From contig CAZQLQ010000001.1 in assembly GCA_964594415.1 (NCBI GenBank), forward strand, positions 159,265 through 223,264: DNA of 64,000 nt, given 5' to 3'. The position numbers were made by a program, and so were the translations under genes. The notes beneath the pieces were generated by a model, which was not told where the DNA came from, did no database searches, and saw nothing but the letters and a program-made list of their open reading frames with translations. Positions 29,395-39,473 of the stretch are shown here, one piece after another. Numbering within the stretch: the first letter of the stretch is position 1; the number at the start of each line of letters is the position of its first letter. This DNA comes from an uncultured Candidatus Saccharibacteria bacterium. Its GTDB lineage: Bacteria > Patescibacteriota > CPR2 > UBA1875 > CAIMLA01.

Positions 29395-30579
29395 ATGGAG
29401 AAAATAGATGAATTGTTAACTCGTGGTGTAACGGAGGTAATTGTAAGGGAGTCGCTCGAAAAGGCTTTGAAGAGCAAAAAGAAGCTTAGGATCAAATACG
29501 GGATTGATCCCACCGGACCAAAGATACATATAGGGCGTGCCGTACCGATTTGGGCTCTTCGTAAGTTTCAAGATTTGGGGCATACAATCGTTCTCATAAT
29601 TGGAGATTTTACCGCACAGATTGGGGATGCGTCTGACAAAACTGCCGAGAGGCAAATACTGACTCTTGAGGACATCAAGAAAAATATGGAAACCTATAAG
29701 GAACAGTTGGGGCTAATTTTAGATATGGGAAAAGTTGAATTACACTACAATAGCGAATGGTTGAACTCTATGTCTTCGGCAGATCTTATTCGGGAGGCAA
29801 TGAATTTTACGGTGAATCAAATGATCAAAAGAGATAATTTTTATCAACGTTTTGAAGCTGATAAGCCTATCGGACTTCATGAGATTCTTTATCCTTTACT
29901 TCAGGGTTACGATTCTGTAGCCGTAAAGGCTGATGTTGAAATCGGAGGAAACGATCAACTCTTTAATTTAATGGCAGGGAGAACATTACAGAAAAAATAT
30001 GGCCAAAAAGAGCAGGATATAATGACATTTGAGCTTTTGATGGGAACAGATGCTAGAAAAATGAGCACTTCATATGGCAATTGTATTTATATTCAAGATA
30101 ATCCTACCGAGATGTTTGGTAAGATTATGTCTATAAATGACGAACTCATCATAACCTACATGACCTTAGTGACTGACTTAAAGTTATCCGAGATAGAAAA
30201 AATCAAAAAGGAGCTTGAAGGCGGCATGAATCCGCGCGATGCCAAGATTATTCTGGGTAAAGCTCTTGTAGAAAGATACTATGGAAAAAAAGTTGCAAAT
30301 GAGGCAGCGGAAAACTTCAAGAATGTTTTTGCAAAAAATGAGCTCCCAGAGGAGATTCGTGAGGCTAAGATACTAGACAAGGAATGGCATCTCGTTGAGC
30401 TCATGTTATTTATCGGCATGGTTCCTTCAAAGAACGAAGCAAGAAGATTAATCACGCAAGGTGGCGTCAAGATAGATGGAGCTGTTATAGGGGACATCAA
30501 TGCACAGATTAGTCCTATTGATAATATGGTTATTCAGATAGGCAAACGTAATTACGTTCGTATTAAACTAGACAAATAA
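29395..30579 (+). CDS. tyrS: Tyrosine--tRNA ligase
   Basis: GIDPT...HIG, YPLLQGYDS, GG.DQ.FN, KMS, C-terminal S4 domain. Confidence 0.97.
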   Translation: MEKIDELLTRGVTEVIVRESLEKALKSKKKLRIKYGIDPTGPKIHIGRAVPIWALRKFQDLGHTIVLIIGDFTAQIGDASDKTAERQILTLEDIKKNMETYKEQLGLILDMGKVELHYNSEWLNSMSSADLIREAMNFTVNQMIKRDNFYQRFEADKPIGLHEILYPLLQGYDSVAVKADVEIGGNDQLFNLMAGRTLQKKYGQKEQDIMTFELLMGTDARKMSTSYGNCIYIQDNPTEMFGKIMSINDELIITYMTLVTDLKLSEIEKIKKELEGGMNPRDAKIILGKALVERYYGKKVANEAAENFKNVFAKNELPEEIREAKILDKEWHLVELMLFIGMVPSKNEARRLITQGGVKIDGAVIGDINAQISPIDNMVIQIGKRNYVRIKLDK

Positions 30580-32654
30580 TGAATTTAAAGACCTCTATAG
30601 TAGAAATTGACGGTATCGGTAAAGAACATGCTGCTTTATTAAATAAGTTAGAGATCTTTACCATGGAAGACCTGCTTTGGTACTTGCCATTTAGGTGGGA
30701 TGATTACTCCAGAATCGTTAATATCCGTGATGTAAAAACAGGCGAAGTTTTATGTGTATATGGAGAAGTGCAGCAAATATCGAATAAAATCAGTAAAAAA
30801 GGACTGAATATAACAGAGGCAATTATTGCCGACGAAACAGGTACTCTAAAAGTTGTCTGGTTTAATCAGCCTTATTTACAAAAAACTTTTAAGAAGGGTG
30901 ATAAGGCATTTTTTGCAGGCAAAATAGATTTTAATTACGGTGGATTCAATCTCCAGTCACCTAGTTATGAAAAAATTACTTCATCAAATGAAGGTGAAAG
31001 CGTGACAAGAACTGAATTGATCCACGTAGGCGGACTGATACCGGTTTATCATGAAACTGAGGGAATCTCCTCGAAATGGCTTCGGAGTAGAATTAAGCCC
31101 ATAATGAAATATATCTACAGCATAAAAGACTATTTGCCGGAAAGCGTAAAAGGGCAATATGACCTTATTGGCTTGCCTGCGGCAATCAGGCAAATGCATT
31201 TTCCAGAAAACTTAGCTCAGATTAAGAAAGCAAGAGAAAGGCTTGATTTTGACGAATTGTTTTTACTACAAATAGAGGTGCTAAATGCGAGAAAAAACCT
31301 CCGTAGCAAAAAAGCAATTGCAATCCCTTTTAATGAGGATCTGAGTCAGAAATTTGTTCAAGGTCTTGGCTTTACCTTGACTAATTCTCAACGTAAGGCA
31401 GCATGGGAGATAGTTCAAGACTGCAGTAAATCTGAGCCAATGAATAGGCTTCTTCAGGGTGACGTAGGAAGCGGAAAGACAGTTGTTGCGGCTCTTGCTA
31501 TGGCGAATGTAGCAGCAAATAGTGCACAATCAGTTTTGCTTTGCCCTACTGAAATACTGGCAAAGCAACACTTTGCAAAAGTTTCTAAAATGCTTGAGCC
31601 GTTAGATATCAGCTGCGCCTTAATAACCGGTAGTATGTCAAAGGCGGAAAAAGACGAACTTATTACAAAAATATATGAAGGCGAAGTATTGGTTATTATT
31701 GGGACGCATGCGGTTTTGAATCAAAATATTAAGTTTTGGCGTTTAGGACTTGCAATAATAGATGAACAGCATCGTTTCGGAGTTGAGCAAAGATCTGCAC
31801 TTAGAAAAGAAAGTGGTGAAATAGGAACATTGCCACATTTTCTCTCGATGACGGCGACTCCTATTCCACGCACCCTTACTCTAACCGTTTTTGGTGATTT
31901 GGATATTTCTGTTCTGAATGAGTTGCCACCAGGTAGAAAAAAAGTTATTACGAAGATTGTTCCTGAAAACAAAAGAGCCGATAGCCATAAGTTTATCAAA
32001 GAAGAAATCCAAAAAGGAGGTCAGGCGTATATTGTTTGTCCTTTAGTGGAAGATAAAGACGAAGAAACGGATAAAAAATCGGTACTAGGAGAATATGAGA
32101 ATTACAAGTCGAACATATTTCCCGATATCGAGATCGGGTATGTTTATGGTGGTATGAAGGCAAAAGAAAAAGAATCGGTCATGAGTGATTTTCTAGACGG
32201 TAAGATAAAAATTTTGATTGCTTCTTCCGTAATAGAAGTTGGTGTAGATGTTCCAAACGCATCCATTATAGTAGTTGAAGACGCCGATAGATTTGGGCTC
32301 GCTCAATTGCATCAGCTTAGAGGAAGAGTTGGCAGGGGCGACAGACAATCTTATTGTTTTCTTTATACCAAGTCAATTTCAGATATCGCTGTAAGAAGGC
32401 TAGATTCAATTACTAAGATTGATGATGGCTTCAAATTGGCAGAAGTTGATCTGGAACTAAGAGGACCTGGAGAAGTTCTTGGAATAAGGCAGCACGGTGT
32501 TTTGGGGATTAGGGCAAAGAATCTGACAAATGTTGAATTAATTAGAAAATGCAGAATGGCAGCTACGAAGTTCCTCGAGAATAACGACTTGGATAACTAC
32601 CCTTTGTTGAAGGAGAAGTCAAAAAGCTTTAACTATATTTTGAACTTGGAGTGA
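30579..32654 (+). CDS. recG: ATP-dependent DNA helicase RecG
   Basis: MNRLLQGDVGSGKT, IIDEQHRFGV.QR, MTATPIPRTL, RFGLAQLHQLRGRVGRG, DL.LRGPGE. Confidence 0.97.
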   Translation: MNLKTSIVEIDGIGKEHAALLNKLEIFTMEDLLWYLPFRWDDYSRIVNIRDVKTGEVLCVYGEVQQISNKISKKGLNITEAIIADETGTLKVVWFNQPYLQKTFKKGDKAFFAGKIDFNYGGFNLQSPSYEKITSSNEGESVTRTELIHVGGLIPVYHETEGISSKWLRSRIKPIMKYIYSIKDYLPESVKGQYDLIGLPAAIRQMHFPENLAQIKKARERLDFDELFLLQIEVLNARKNLRSKKAIAIPFNEDLSQKFVQGLGFTLTNSQRKAAWEIVQDCSKSEPMNRLLQGDVGSGKTVVAALAMANVAANSAQSVLLCPTEILAKQHFAKVSKMLEPLDISCALITGSMSKAEKDELITKIYEGEVLVIIGTHAVLNQNIKFWRLGLAIIDEQHRFGVEQRSALRKESGEIGTLPHFLSMTATPIPRTLTLTVFGDLDISVLNELPPGRKKVITKIVPENKRADSHKFIKEEIQKGGQAYIVCPLVEDKDEETDKKSVLGEYENYKSNIFPDIEIGYVYGGMKAKEKESVMSDFLDGKIKILIASSVIEVGVDVPNASIIVVEDADRFGLAQLHQLRGRVGRGDRQSYCFLYTKSISDIAVRRLDSITKIDDGFKLAEVDLELRGPGEVLGIRQHGVLGIRAKNLTNVELIRKCRMAATKFLENNDLDNYPLLKEKSKSFNYILNLE

Positions 32655-32655
32655 T

Positions 32656-33030
32656 ATGGAGGCCGAAAGAAAGATTAAATTGCAAGAAAGAATAGGGGTT
32701 TTCTTATTAGTATGTATCCTTATTATGGTAGGACTGATTATGACTAAAACCGATAAGGCAGAAAGCAAGTTTGTTTCGAACAGTCAAAACCAATTCAATA
32801 ACTCTACGACTACTACTAAAAAGATAAATAATTCAAATACGAAGATCAGCATTAATAAAGCTTCGGTAGAGGATCTGGACACACTTCCGGGAATAGGTGC
32901 AGTGATAGCTGGAAGAATCGTAGAATATAGGACTCAAAATGGTGGCTTTAAGTCGCTTGATGAACTCAAAGAAGTTTCGGGAATAGGGGACGCAAAGTAT
33001 GAAAAAGTGAAAGATCTTATAAGTTTGTGA
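32656..33030 (+). CDS. comEA: ComEA-like helix-hairpin-helix DNA-binding protein
   Basis: N-terminal TM; IN.AS.E.L..LPGIG...A..I..YR...G.F....L..V.GIG. Confidence 0.88.
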   Translation: MEAERKIKLQERIGVFLLVCILIMVGLIMTKTDKAESKFVSNSQNQFNNSTTTTKKINNSNTKISINKASVEDLDTLPGIGAVIAGRIVEYRTQNGGFKSLDELKEVSGIGDAKYEKVKDLISL

Positions 33031-33071
33031 TTTTTCTATCACTTGAAAAAAAGCGTTAAAAGTGCTAAACT

Positions 33072-33232
33072 TTACAAGTTAATTCATGGTGGGTTCGCGA
33101 AAGCGAGTACAATTTAATAAAGAGCATTGACGAAACATTTCCATGCAATTAACACTCTTACAAATTAGTTTGCCGCTATTGCGGACCCACGCACTTAGAA
33201 AAGTGCGGGGTAATCTGGCGAACGATTTGTGA
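33072..33232 (+). ncRNA. Candidate structured RNA, possibly 6S-like, upstream of tRNA-Leu
   Basis: gtgggttcgc/gcggacccac stem, inner aagag/ctctt arm, gcactt/aagtgc hairpin; promoter-like TTGAAA...TGCTAAACT just upstream. Confidence 0.35.
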
Positions 33233-33253
33233 CTAAATAGATTATTGGTGCAT

Positions 33254-33340
33254 GCCGCGGTGGCGGAATTGGTATACGCGCTAGTCTTAGGAACTAGTGC
33301 CAGTGATGGCTTGCGAGTTCGAGTCTCGCCCGCGGCACCA
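33254..33340 (+). tRNA. tRNA-Leu(TAG)
   Basis: GCCGCGG acceptor stem, D-loop GGAATTGGTA, anticodon arm ctagt-CTTAGGA-actag, long variable arm, GTTCGAGTC, CCA end. Confidence 0.97.
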
Positions 33341-33476
33341 GAATTATATACAAGAAGAGGCCCTTGAGCCTCTTTTTTAGATTGAAATTTTATTCATTTT
33401 ATGCTAAAATGCTCTCGTTAAATTCAGTTTTGCTCGTAAATTTGGACCTTAAAAAACAGCTAAAGGAGGAAGGAAA

Positions 33477-33908
33477 TTGGAAAAACGTTTTCCCGTTATT
33501 ATTATTCTAGGCTTTCTTATGCAAAGGAATTTATCAACAGATGGCATGGGCGGCATATTGAAGCTACTTTCTTTTATGACAGGAAGAGCTTTGAGTGAAA
33601 TGCCAGGTAAGGAACTATGCGAATGCTGCAGGGCATCAATCTTGAAGCAGTTTCCCCAGTTTGATGCGAAAGCCTTAAAAAAGGTGGGTGAAGATCTTGA
33701 TTCCGAGCTGTCAGAGTCAATGAAAATGATTGGCGACGATCCCTTCAAAAGCTTAGCGAAAAGACAGGAAGCTGCTTCTAGAGAAGCGGTCAACTCGGTA
33801 TTGGAAAAATTTTATTCTGGAGAATATGATATTTATTTTGAAGGAATGATGCCAGTCAAACAGCTCCCGGAAAAAGTTAGAGAATTCTATTTGGCGGCTG
33901 ATTCATAA
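33477..33908 (+). CDS. Hypothetical protein
   Basis: AAGGAGG RBS with TTG start. Confidence 0.7.
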   Translation: MEKRFPVIIILGFLMQRNLSTDGMGGILKLLSFMTGRALSEMPGKELCECCRASILKQFPQFDAKALKKVGEDLDSELSESMKMIGDDPFKSLAKRQEAASREAVNSVLEKFYSGEYDIYFEGMMPVKQLPEKVREFYLAADS

Positions 33909-33938
33909 GCTTAGTTATCGAATGCTAGACGGGAGTGA

Positions 33939-34292
33939 TTGGCTATTTGTGAAGACATTTTAGAAATGGAAAAAGTGATACAGCTAGCAATTCCTAAAGA
34001 GATATTGGATGACCTTATAGCGGGAAAAATTAACTTTTTCTCTCTCAATGTGAATTTTCCCAGGAGAAGAAAAAGTGTCCTCTCTATCGTCAGAAAACGT
34101 AAAGTTGGCAATGAAGGAGAAACTCAAGAACCTTCAGATGAACGTCTTTTTCTAACAAAAAAGGGCTTAGAAAAAAGATTTGGATTTGAATGCGTCGACT
34201 CCTTAAGAAGGGAGAAAGTAAAATTTCTTCAAATAACGAGCAAACTCGTAAATGAAGAAGTTAAACTTGTAAAGCTCGTGATTTATTATTGA
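33939..34292 (+). CDS. Hypothetical protein
   Basis: GGGAG RBS with TTG start, followed by terminator. Confidence 0.6.
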   Translation: MAICEDILEMEKVIQLAIPKEILDDLIAGKINFFSLNVNFPRRRKSVLSIVRKRKVGNEGETQEPSDERLFLTKKGLEKRFGFECVDSLRREKVKFLQITSKLVNEEVKLVKLVIYY

Positions 34293-34434
34293 AAAAGCTT
34301 TAGAATATTGCGCTGATTAATGTAGTCAGCGCTTTTTTTATTGAAAGACTGCTCTTTTTGTGCTAAAATGCGCGTGATTGAATCTAATTTTAGATTTGCA
34401 GTGGCATATTGACATTATTAAAAGGAGGAAGTGG

Positions 34435-34755
34435 ATGGTTGAAAAAGCTATTTCCAGTGAATTGTCTAAATCTAAAGGACTTCGACTGATAATCTTTTCA
34501 ATTTTTTTGACAATATTCTCGTTTATGCTTGGTGGAAAGGACGTCGGCTTGTTATTCCTATCATTCTTTCTTTGCGCTTTTAGTTTTTTGTACTTAGTGA
34601 GTACTTTCTATCTTCTTTCTCATGGAAAACTGAGGAAGGTAAAGAATTCTAAAGTAATCTCTATTATTCTTTTATTGTCGCTAGTTCTAATTTTAGGACT
34701 AATATCTCTTAATAATAGTTTTGGGAAAATTTTCAGTATTATTAAGATTAGCTGA
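34435..34755 (+). CDS. Hypothetical membrane protein (about 3 TM)
   Basis: AAGGAGG RBS, ATG at 34435, hydrophobic segments. Confidence 0.7.
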   Translation: MVEKAISSELSKSKGLRLIIFSIFLTIFSFMLGGKDVGLLFLSFFLCAFSFLYLVSTFYLLSHGKLRKVKNSKVISIILLLSLVLILGLISLNNSFGKIFSIIKIS

Positions 34756-34773
34756 AAACCGTTAAAGAAAAGA

Positions 34774-35124
34774 TTGGGGGGAACTTGCTTGGTTTATACA
34801 AAAGAAGAATCAACTATTGCTTTGAGGGATCTTCGTGAGGGTTCGATAATTTTCTTTGAAGTCATATCGGATATTCGCTCATCCGTTGGTATGGGTATTT
34901 TTACTCTTGAGGAAATAGGTACTAGCGAAAAAGAGTTGGAAGAACTTTGGAGAAAATGTGCTTTGTATGCAGCAAGGTCTTGGCTGTCCGACCTTAGGGG
35001 TCAAATTGAGGATCCTGAAATTTGTATCCATTGGATCCGGAGAAATGCCGAGCTTGGTCAGTTGACTCTTGAAGAAATAGGTACCAACGCCAAAGAGTTA
35101 GCAAATTATTTGACTGTCAAGTAA
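34774..35124 (+). CDS. Hypothetical protein with two TLEEIGT..KEL repeats (start may be TTG 34789)
   Basis: FTLEEIGTSEKEL and LTLEEIGTNAKEL. Confidence 0.7.
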   Translation: MGGTCLVYTKEESTIALRDLREGSIIFFEVISDIRSSVGMGIFTLEEIGTSEKELEELWRKCALYAARSWLSDLRGQIEDPEICIHWIRRNAELGQLTLEEIGTNAKELANYLTVK

Positions 35125-35136
35125 GGAGGTAAAAAT

Positions 35137-35796
35137 ATGCTAGCACTCACCTACAGCATTAGAGCAGAAAATCTCAGATTGACCCTAAAGGGAATGAATA
35201 GGGTTGCTCTAAGGGAAAATGTTCTTTTGGCTGTATATTTCGGAAATGTGGCAATTTTAGAGAGGCCAGAGAGCGATCAGACTAGATTTGATCGTGTCTG
35301 TATGAATCTCGGAGACATACTCATCTCGAATCCCTATACGGGGCAGTATGAAGAGATTCCTTCATGTAAGCTAGAAAGAAGAACTGCTACAGAGGATTTT
35401 ACCGTCTGGAAAGACGGAATCGTGCCTCTTGTAGTTACTGTTTATGCTGACAATTTTTCTCGTCTGTCGGAATACTTCATAAAAAATAAAGCCTTGTTTG
35501 ATGTTGCCTTGTGTTTCGCAGGACTTATTGAGTTCCAATATTCAAAGAATGAAAACGAAAAGAATTTCCAAAATATTGCAGAAGACGCATGGATACAGTT
35601 ATCGGCACAGAAGGAAATAACCGATGACGACTTTGTCTGCATTCTGCTTCTTCTTTTAAAAGGTTGGAAATATGGCGAATCTTTGTTTCGTTGGGGCCTA
35701 AACAAAAGATTCAGGGGCAGCGTAACAACGAAAGAAGAACTAATATCGTTGTTGAAGCTTAATCAGGCAGTAAGTGGCCTAAGGCCAGGTAAGTAG
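35137..35796 (+). CDS. Hypothetical protein
   Basis: AAGGAGGT RBS with ATG; terminator downstream. Confidence 0.75.
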   Translation: MLALTYSIRAENLRLTLKGMNRVALRENVLLAVYFGNVAILERPESDQTRFDRVCMNLGDILISNPYTGQYEEIPSCKLERRTATEDFTVWKDGIVPLVVTVYADNFSRLSEYFIKNKALFDVALCFAGLIEFQYSKNENEKNFQNIAEDAWIQLSAQKEITDDDFVCILLLLLKGWKYGESLFRWGLNKRFRGSVTTKEELISLLKLNQAVSGLRPGK

Positions 35797-35947
35797 ACAA
35801 TGCAAGTTTCTAAGGGCTGGAGATTTTGATAATCTTCAGCCTTTTATTTAATTTTTTTTCAATTTGTGTTATCATTCACGCGGAAAATAAACTTTTCATT
35901 GTGCAAAAGCTTACTCAGTATCTTAAAAATTAAAGGAGGTGTATTGA

Positions 35948-36553
35948 TTGCCTGACGTCGGTAGAGAGTTTTTAACTCCGGAAGAATTAGTTCGAAGTGT
36001 CGTCAAGATCTGGTCACGCAAAAAAGAGGTAATAGAGCGGTTTGGGCAGGCAGAAGGAGTTTGGAATTCATTTCCTATCATAGAAAGCGGGTTGCTAATG
36101 GAGGGAGCAAGTCGGCAATGGCTTGTAACTTTTTGTGAAGCCAAAAAGATCGGAAATGGGTCGAGTATGCCATATCGGTGCTATGTTTCGGGTTCACCAA
36201 TTAAGGCTATCCCTGATCAAAAATCAAAAAAATCAATATTTCAGTTGTTTAAAAGGGCAAAAGAAGACAAGTCTCCAACTGATAACTTCTCCATAACGGA
36301 AGACCATGTCAGCGTTTTGCTGGGAAAAGGTACTTTGCTGTCAAATGCGCTAGTCGTAATTGATTCCCAAAACAATTTAAGAATTCTAGAAAACAGATTT
36401 GCAAATAGTCATCTGAGGAATTTCTACCAGAAAAAAAATTTTTATAGTAAGGAGATATCTCTTGTCGCTGAAACAAAATCAGAAGAGGAATTATATAATT
36501 CAGATTTGATAAATTATCTCTCTGCACTGCTTCTGTCGGTATTAACCCAATGA
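35948..36553 (+). CDS. Hypothetical protein, paralog family A (divergent member)
   Basis: AAGGAGGT RBS with TTG; shares W-strand, 'ALVV' and LY..DL pattern. Confidence 0.7.
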   Translation: MPDVGREFLTPEELVRSVVKIWSRKKEVIERFGQAEGVWNSFPIIESGLLMEGASRQWLVTFCEAKKIGNGSSMPYRCYVSGSPIKAIPDQKSKKSIFQLFKRAKEDKSPTDNFSITEDHVSVLLGKGTLLSNALVVIDSQNNLRILENRFANSHLRNFYQKKNFYSKEISLVAETKSEEELYNSDLINYLSALLLSVLTQ

Positions 36554-36674
36554 AATTGAAAGGCTTGTGTTTTCACGAGCCGCTTTTTAATTCTTGAATT
36601 TGTGCCTATTCTAAGGTAAACTGTGCAAACAAAGAATTTTTGAGAAGCTTGACAAAGAAAGAGGAGGGGTATTT

Positions 36675-37349
36675 GTGGAAAAGGTTACTATCAACGTAGA
36701 AACACCGTGGATTCTAGAGGGGAAATATGATCCAGAAAAGGAGTTTTGGTCGTCGTCGAAAATAATTGATCATGTAATATGCAATTTGGTGTTAGCTTCG
36801 CCAGATTTTAACAAGACCATTCTGCTGCCTGAAAATCAAATAACAAAAGTCTCAGATAGCGAGTATTCTACAATTTTCCAAAAGACGATTTTTGCATGGA
36901 GCGAATATCGGTCATTGATACACATAGTTATCAATGGCAAAAGATGGGCAGTCGGAGTTGGATCTGGGTCAAGTAATTTGGTAAAGGTGGCAAGTAACGG
37001 GATTCTAGATATAATCGCTCTGCCAGTAGAGGTCGGCGAAAATGGGATAGACCCTTATGATGAATTTTATGTAGATCTAATGACTAATCATAATTACCGT
37101 AAATCTTTGTTAATAGCTTTTGACGACGGTAGTTTTGGTTCAAGTCGTTGGAATGTTAGCCGCTGGAGCCATAGGCTAGAACCTATCTGTGAATTCATTG
37201 AAAACGGTTTGGATGAATTTACTGTTTATGCGAAAAAAGATGATCCAGACTTTGTTTGGGCACAGAAATTTAAATCTGTTCCTATGTACAAGCCTGAACT
37301 GGCTGATAAGCTTTCGGAATTAATGATTTGTGCTCTTAGTTACCGATAA
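36675..37349 (+). CDS. Hypothetical protein, paralog family A
   Basis: INGKRWAVG, LDIIALP, KSLLIAFDDG, MYKPEL. Confidence 0.8.
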   Translation: MEKVTINVETPWILEGKYDPEKEFWSSSKIIDHVICNLVLASPDFNKTILLPENQITKVSDSEYSTIFQKTIFAWSEYRSLIHIVINGKRWAVGVGSGSSNLVKVASNGILDIIALPVEVGENGIDPYDEFYVDLMTNHNYRKSLLIAFDDGSFGSSRWNVSRWSHRLEPICEFIENGLDEFTVYAKKDDPDFVWAQKFKSVPMYKPELADKLSELMICALSYR

Positions 37350-37473
37350 AGGTAGCTAAAGTAGCCATTGATTTATTATCTCGCCCGCGTACGCGCGGGC
37401 TTTTTTATTGAATTTGTGTCTATTTTAAGGTAAAATGCATAGGCAAAAACTTTGAGGATCTTGAAAAAAGGGG

Positions 37474-38019
37474 TTGATTGTATTGGCAGATGACTATCTT
37501 ATCAGCTCGAGCGAAGTATTGAGTCAAGTTTGTCAACTATTTCTGGAAAATCAAAACTGTGAAAGGTTTGAGTTTCCAGAATGTCCACAAGCACAGGTTT
37601 TTCCTGAGGAGAAGGATATGGCCACTTTCCCAGAAGGCATATTGATCAGAAGCTGTGGTAATGATTGGGTTATGGCTGTTGGGTATGTTATCGGAGGAAA
37701 AGAAGTTTATGATTGCAATCTCGTTGTAAAGAAAATTTATTGCCTCAACTCCTCAATGTCTTATGGAGACAGAAGAGACGAGGTGATCAAGGTCCTGGAA
37801 TTACCCAATCCTTTATATGGCACTTTGATATTCGGGGCTGAAGGGATACTGGGGTGTAGAAATGTCAAATGGCTAGTCGACGCCCTTAATAATGCTAAGA
37901 AGGAATATGTTTTGGCTGCAGAGGATAGTCAGCAAGATTTTTGCTCAAAGCTTTTTTACGGCCCAGAAATTATCAAAAACTTATATGAGGGAGTATCTTT
38001 TTATCTCCAAGTTGCATAA
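37474..38019 (+). CDS. Hypothetical protein, paralog family A
   Basis: FPEC, GNDWVMAVG, DCNLVV, GTLIFG, FY.PEII..LY. Confidence 0.75.
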   Translation: MIVLADDYLISSSEVLSQVCQLFLENQNCERFEFPECPQAQVFPEEKDMATFPEGILIRSCGNDWVMAVGYVIGGKEVYDCNLVVKKIYCLNSSMSYGDRRDEVIKVLELPNPLYGTLIFGAEGILGCRNVKWLVDALNNAKKEYVLAAEDSQQDFCSKLFYGPEIIKNLYEGVSFYLQVA

Positions 38020-38041
38020 ATATTTTGTTGAGGAGAGGATA

Positions 38042-38674
38042 TTGTTGGGTAATAAAAAATATTTTTTAACAGAAATTCCAGACGATTTCAGTGAAGAGCT
38101 TCATTCGGCAAAAAGTATTTTGTCCAGGGTCTATGTGCATATCATTTCAATGGCCGGAAAAGACTGTCGCATTAAGTTCAAACATAATATAGAAGCAAAG
38201 GTTCATATTAGGGACATTGAAGACATAAAAATTTCTGGCATGGCCTATTATCATTATGCGGATATTGTAGACTTCGGAGTCAACACGTATGCTCTAGCCA
38301 GAGGCAACATGTATATTGTTGAAGGCCCGCCAAGCATTAGCTACGCAGTAGATATTGTTGCGATTCCCATTGATGTAAATGGGAAAACCCACAATGATCT
38401 AGGGGTAGAAATATCCCAGGCACTAGCCGGAAATGAAAACTATCAGAAAAGCTTAATCGTTGCCTATTATGATGGCACTTTCCGAGCTAGTTCTTCAAGC
38501 GAATGCTTTGAAAAGGTATCGGGCTTTATTGAAAACAGGATTCCTGAGTATGCCATTGTATCTGCAAAAAGAGATAACGAATTCATAGCTGGAATCGACA
38601 AGATCCTGTACAAAAGGAATCTCGAGGACGATTTAGAAGAATTCGTTCATAAACTCTTATCCCTGCTTATCTAG
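38042..38674 (+). CDS. Hypothetical protein, paralog family A
   Basis: GAGGAG RBS with TTG; YALARG, VDIVAIP, KSLIVAYYDG, LYK.NL. Confidence 0.75.
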   Translation: MLGNKKYFLTEIPDDFSEELHSAKSILSRVYVHIISMAGKDCRIKFKHNIEAKVHIRDIEDIKISGMAYYHYADIVDFGVNTYALARGNMYIVEGPPSISYAVDIVAIPIDVNGKTHNDLGVEISQALAGNENYQKSLIVAYYDGTFRASSSSECFEKVSGFIENRIPEYAIVSAKRDNEFIAGIDKILYKRNLEDDLEEFVHKLLSLLI

Positions 38675-38823
38675 TTTTGATATCAAAATATAGGTTGTAT
38701 ATGTAACATAAGGCCCGCATAAAAGAGCGGGCTTTTTTCTTGATTTTTTGCCTATTTTGAGGTAAAATGTGCAAGCGTATTTTACCGAGCAATTTAACAA
38801 AGAAATAAAAAGGAGGAATTCAT

Positions 38824-39438
38824 GTGGAGGCTAGTTTGCTAACTCCAAAAATGGTTTTTGATGGTGTGATTCAAGAATTTATGCAAATTCAAGGTACCGG
38901 ATATCATGAGCTTCCGGAATGCCCATTATCAGAGATGGGAGTGTCTGGCATTTACTTGAAACATGAAAAAGCTATAATCTTGACTACCTCAGAGAAAAAA
39001 ATCTTACTCTCTGTTGGGAAGGTTGTTTTAAACGAAAATGAGGACGACCTGCTAGATTGTGGTCTTATCATTAGCGAAATTTCTCTCAACGATTCAAGAA
39101 TTAGAGAGCAAATACTCGGTTTCCTGCAAGACAATTCCGTATTCCTTGGAAGTGCTTTTTACGGATGGAAAAACGGCTACATTAGTATGAACGAAGACAT
39201 AATACCTACCCATGAATTTATTGGCGTGCTCGTAGACAAGCAAAACAAAAAAATTAAGGAATTAATGCCTTGTTATAGTGATAGCTTAGAAAAGAATAAT
39301 CTAACTTTTCGGCTGAGCTATACCCCAGCATTATACGAAAAGGAGTTTGTGCGTAATTTCTACTCAGGGCTGAAGGCTTATATCTATGGGCGTTGGGGTA
39401 ACTATAATATTACAGAAAATTTATCCTGCATGAGGTAA
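38824..39438 (+). CDS. Hypothetical protein, paralog family A
   Basis: LPEC, ILLSVG, DCGLII, FLGSAFYG, LYEKEFV..FY. Confidence 0.75.
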   Translation: MEASLLTPKMVFDGVIQEFMQIQGTGYHELPECPLSEMGVSGIYLKHEKAIILTTSEKKILLSVGKVVLNENEDDLLDCGLIISEISLNDSRIREQILGFLQDNSVFLGSAFYGWKNGYISMNEDIIPTHEFIGVLVDKQNKKIKELMPCYSDSLEKNNLTFRLSYTPALYEKEFVRNFYSGLKAYIYGRWGNYNITENLSCMR

Positions 39439-39473
39439 GAACTGTTAAGCTGATAAAAAAGGAGGAGATTGGA

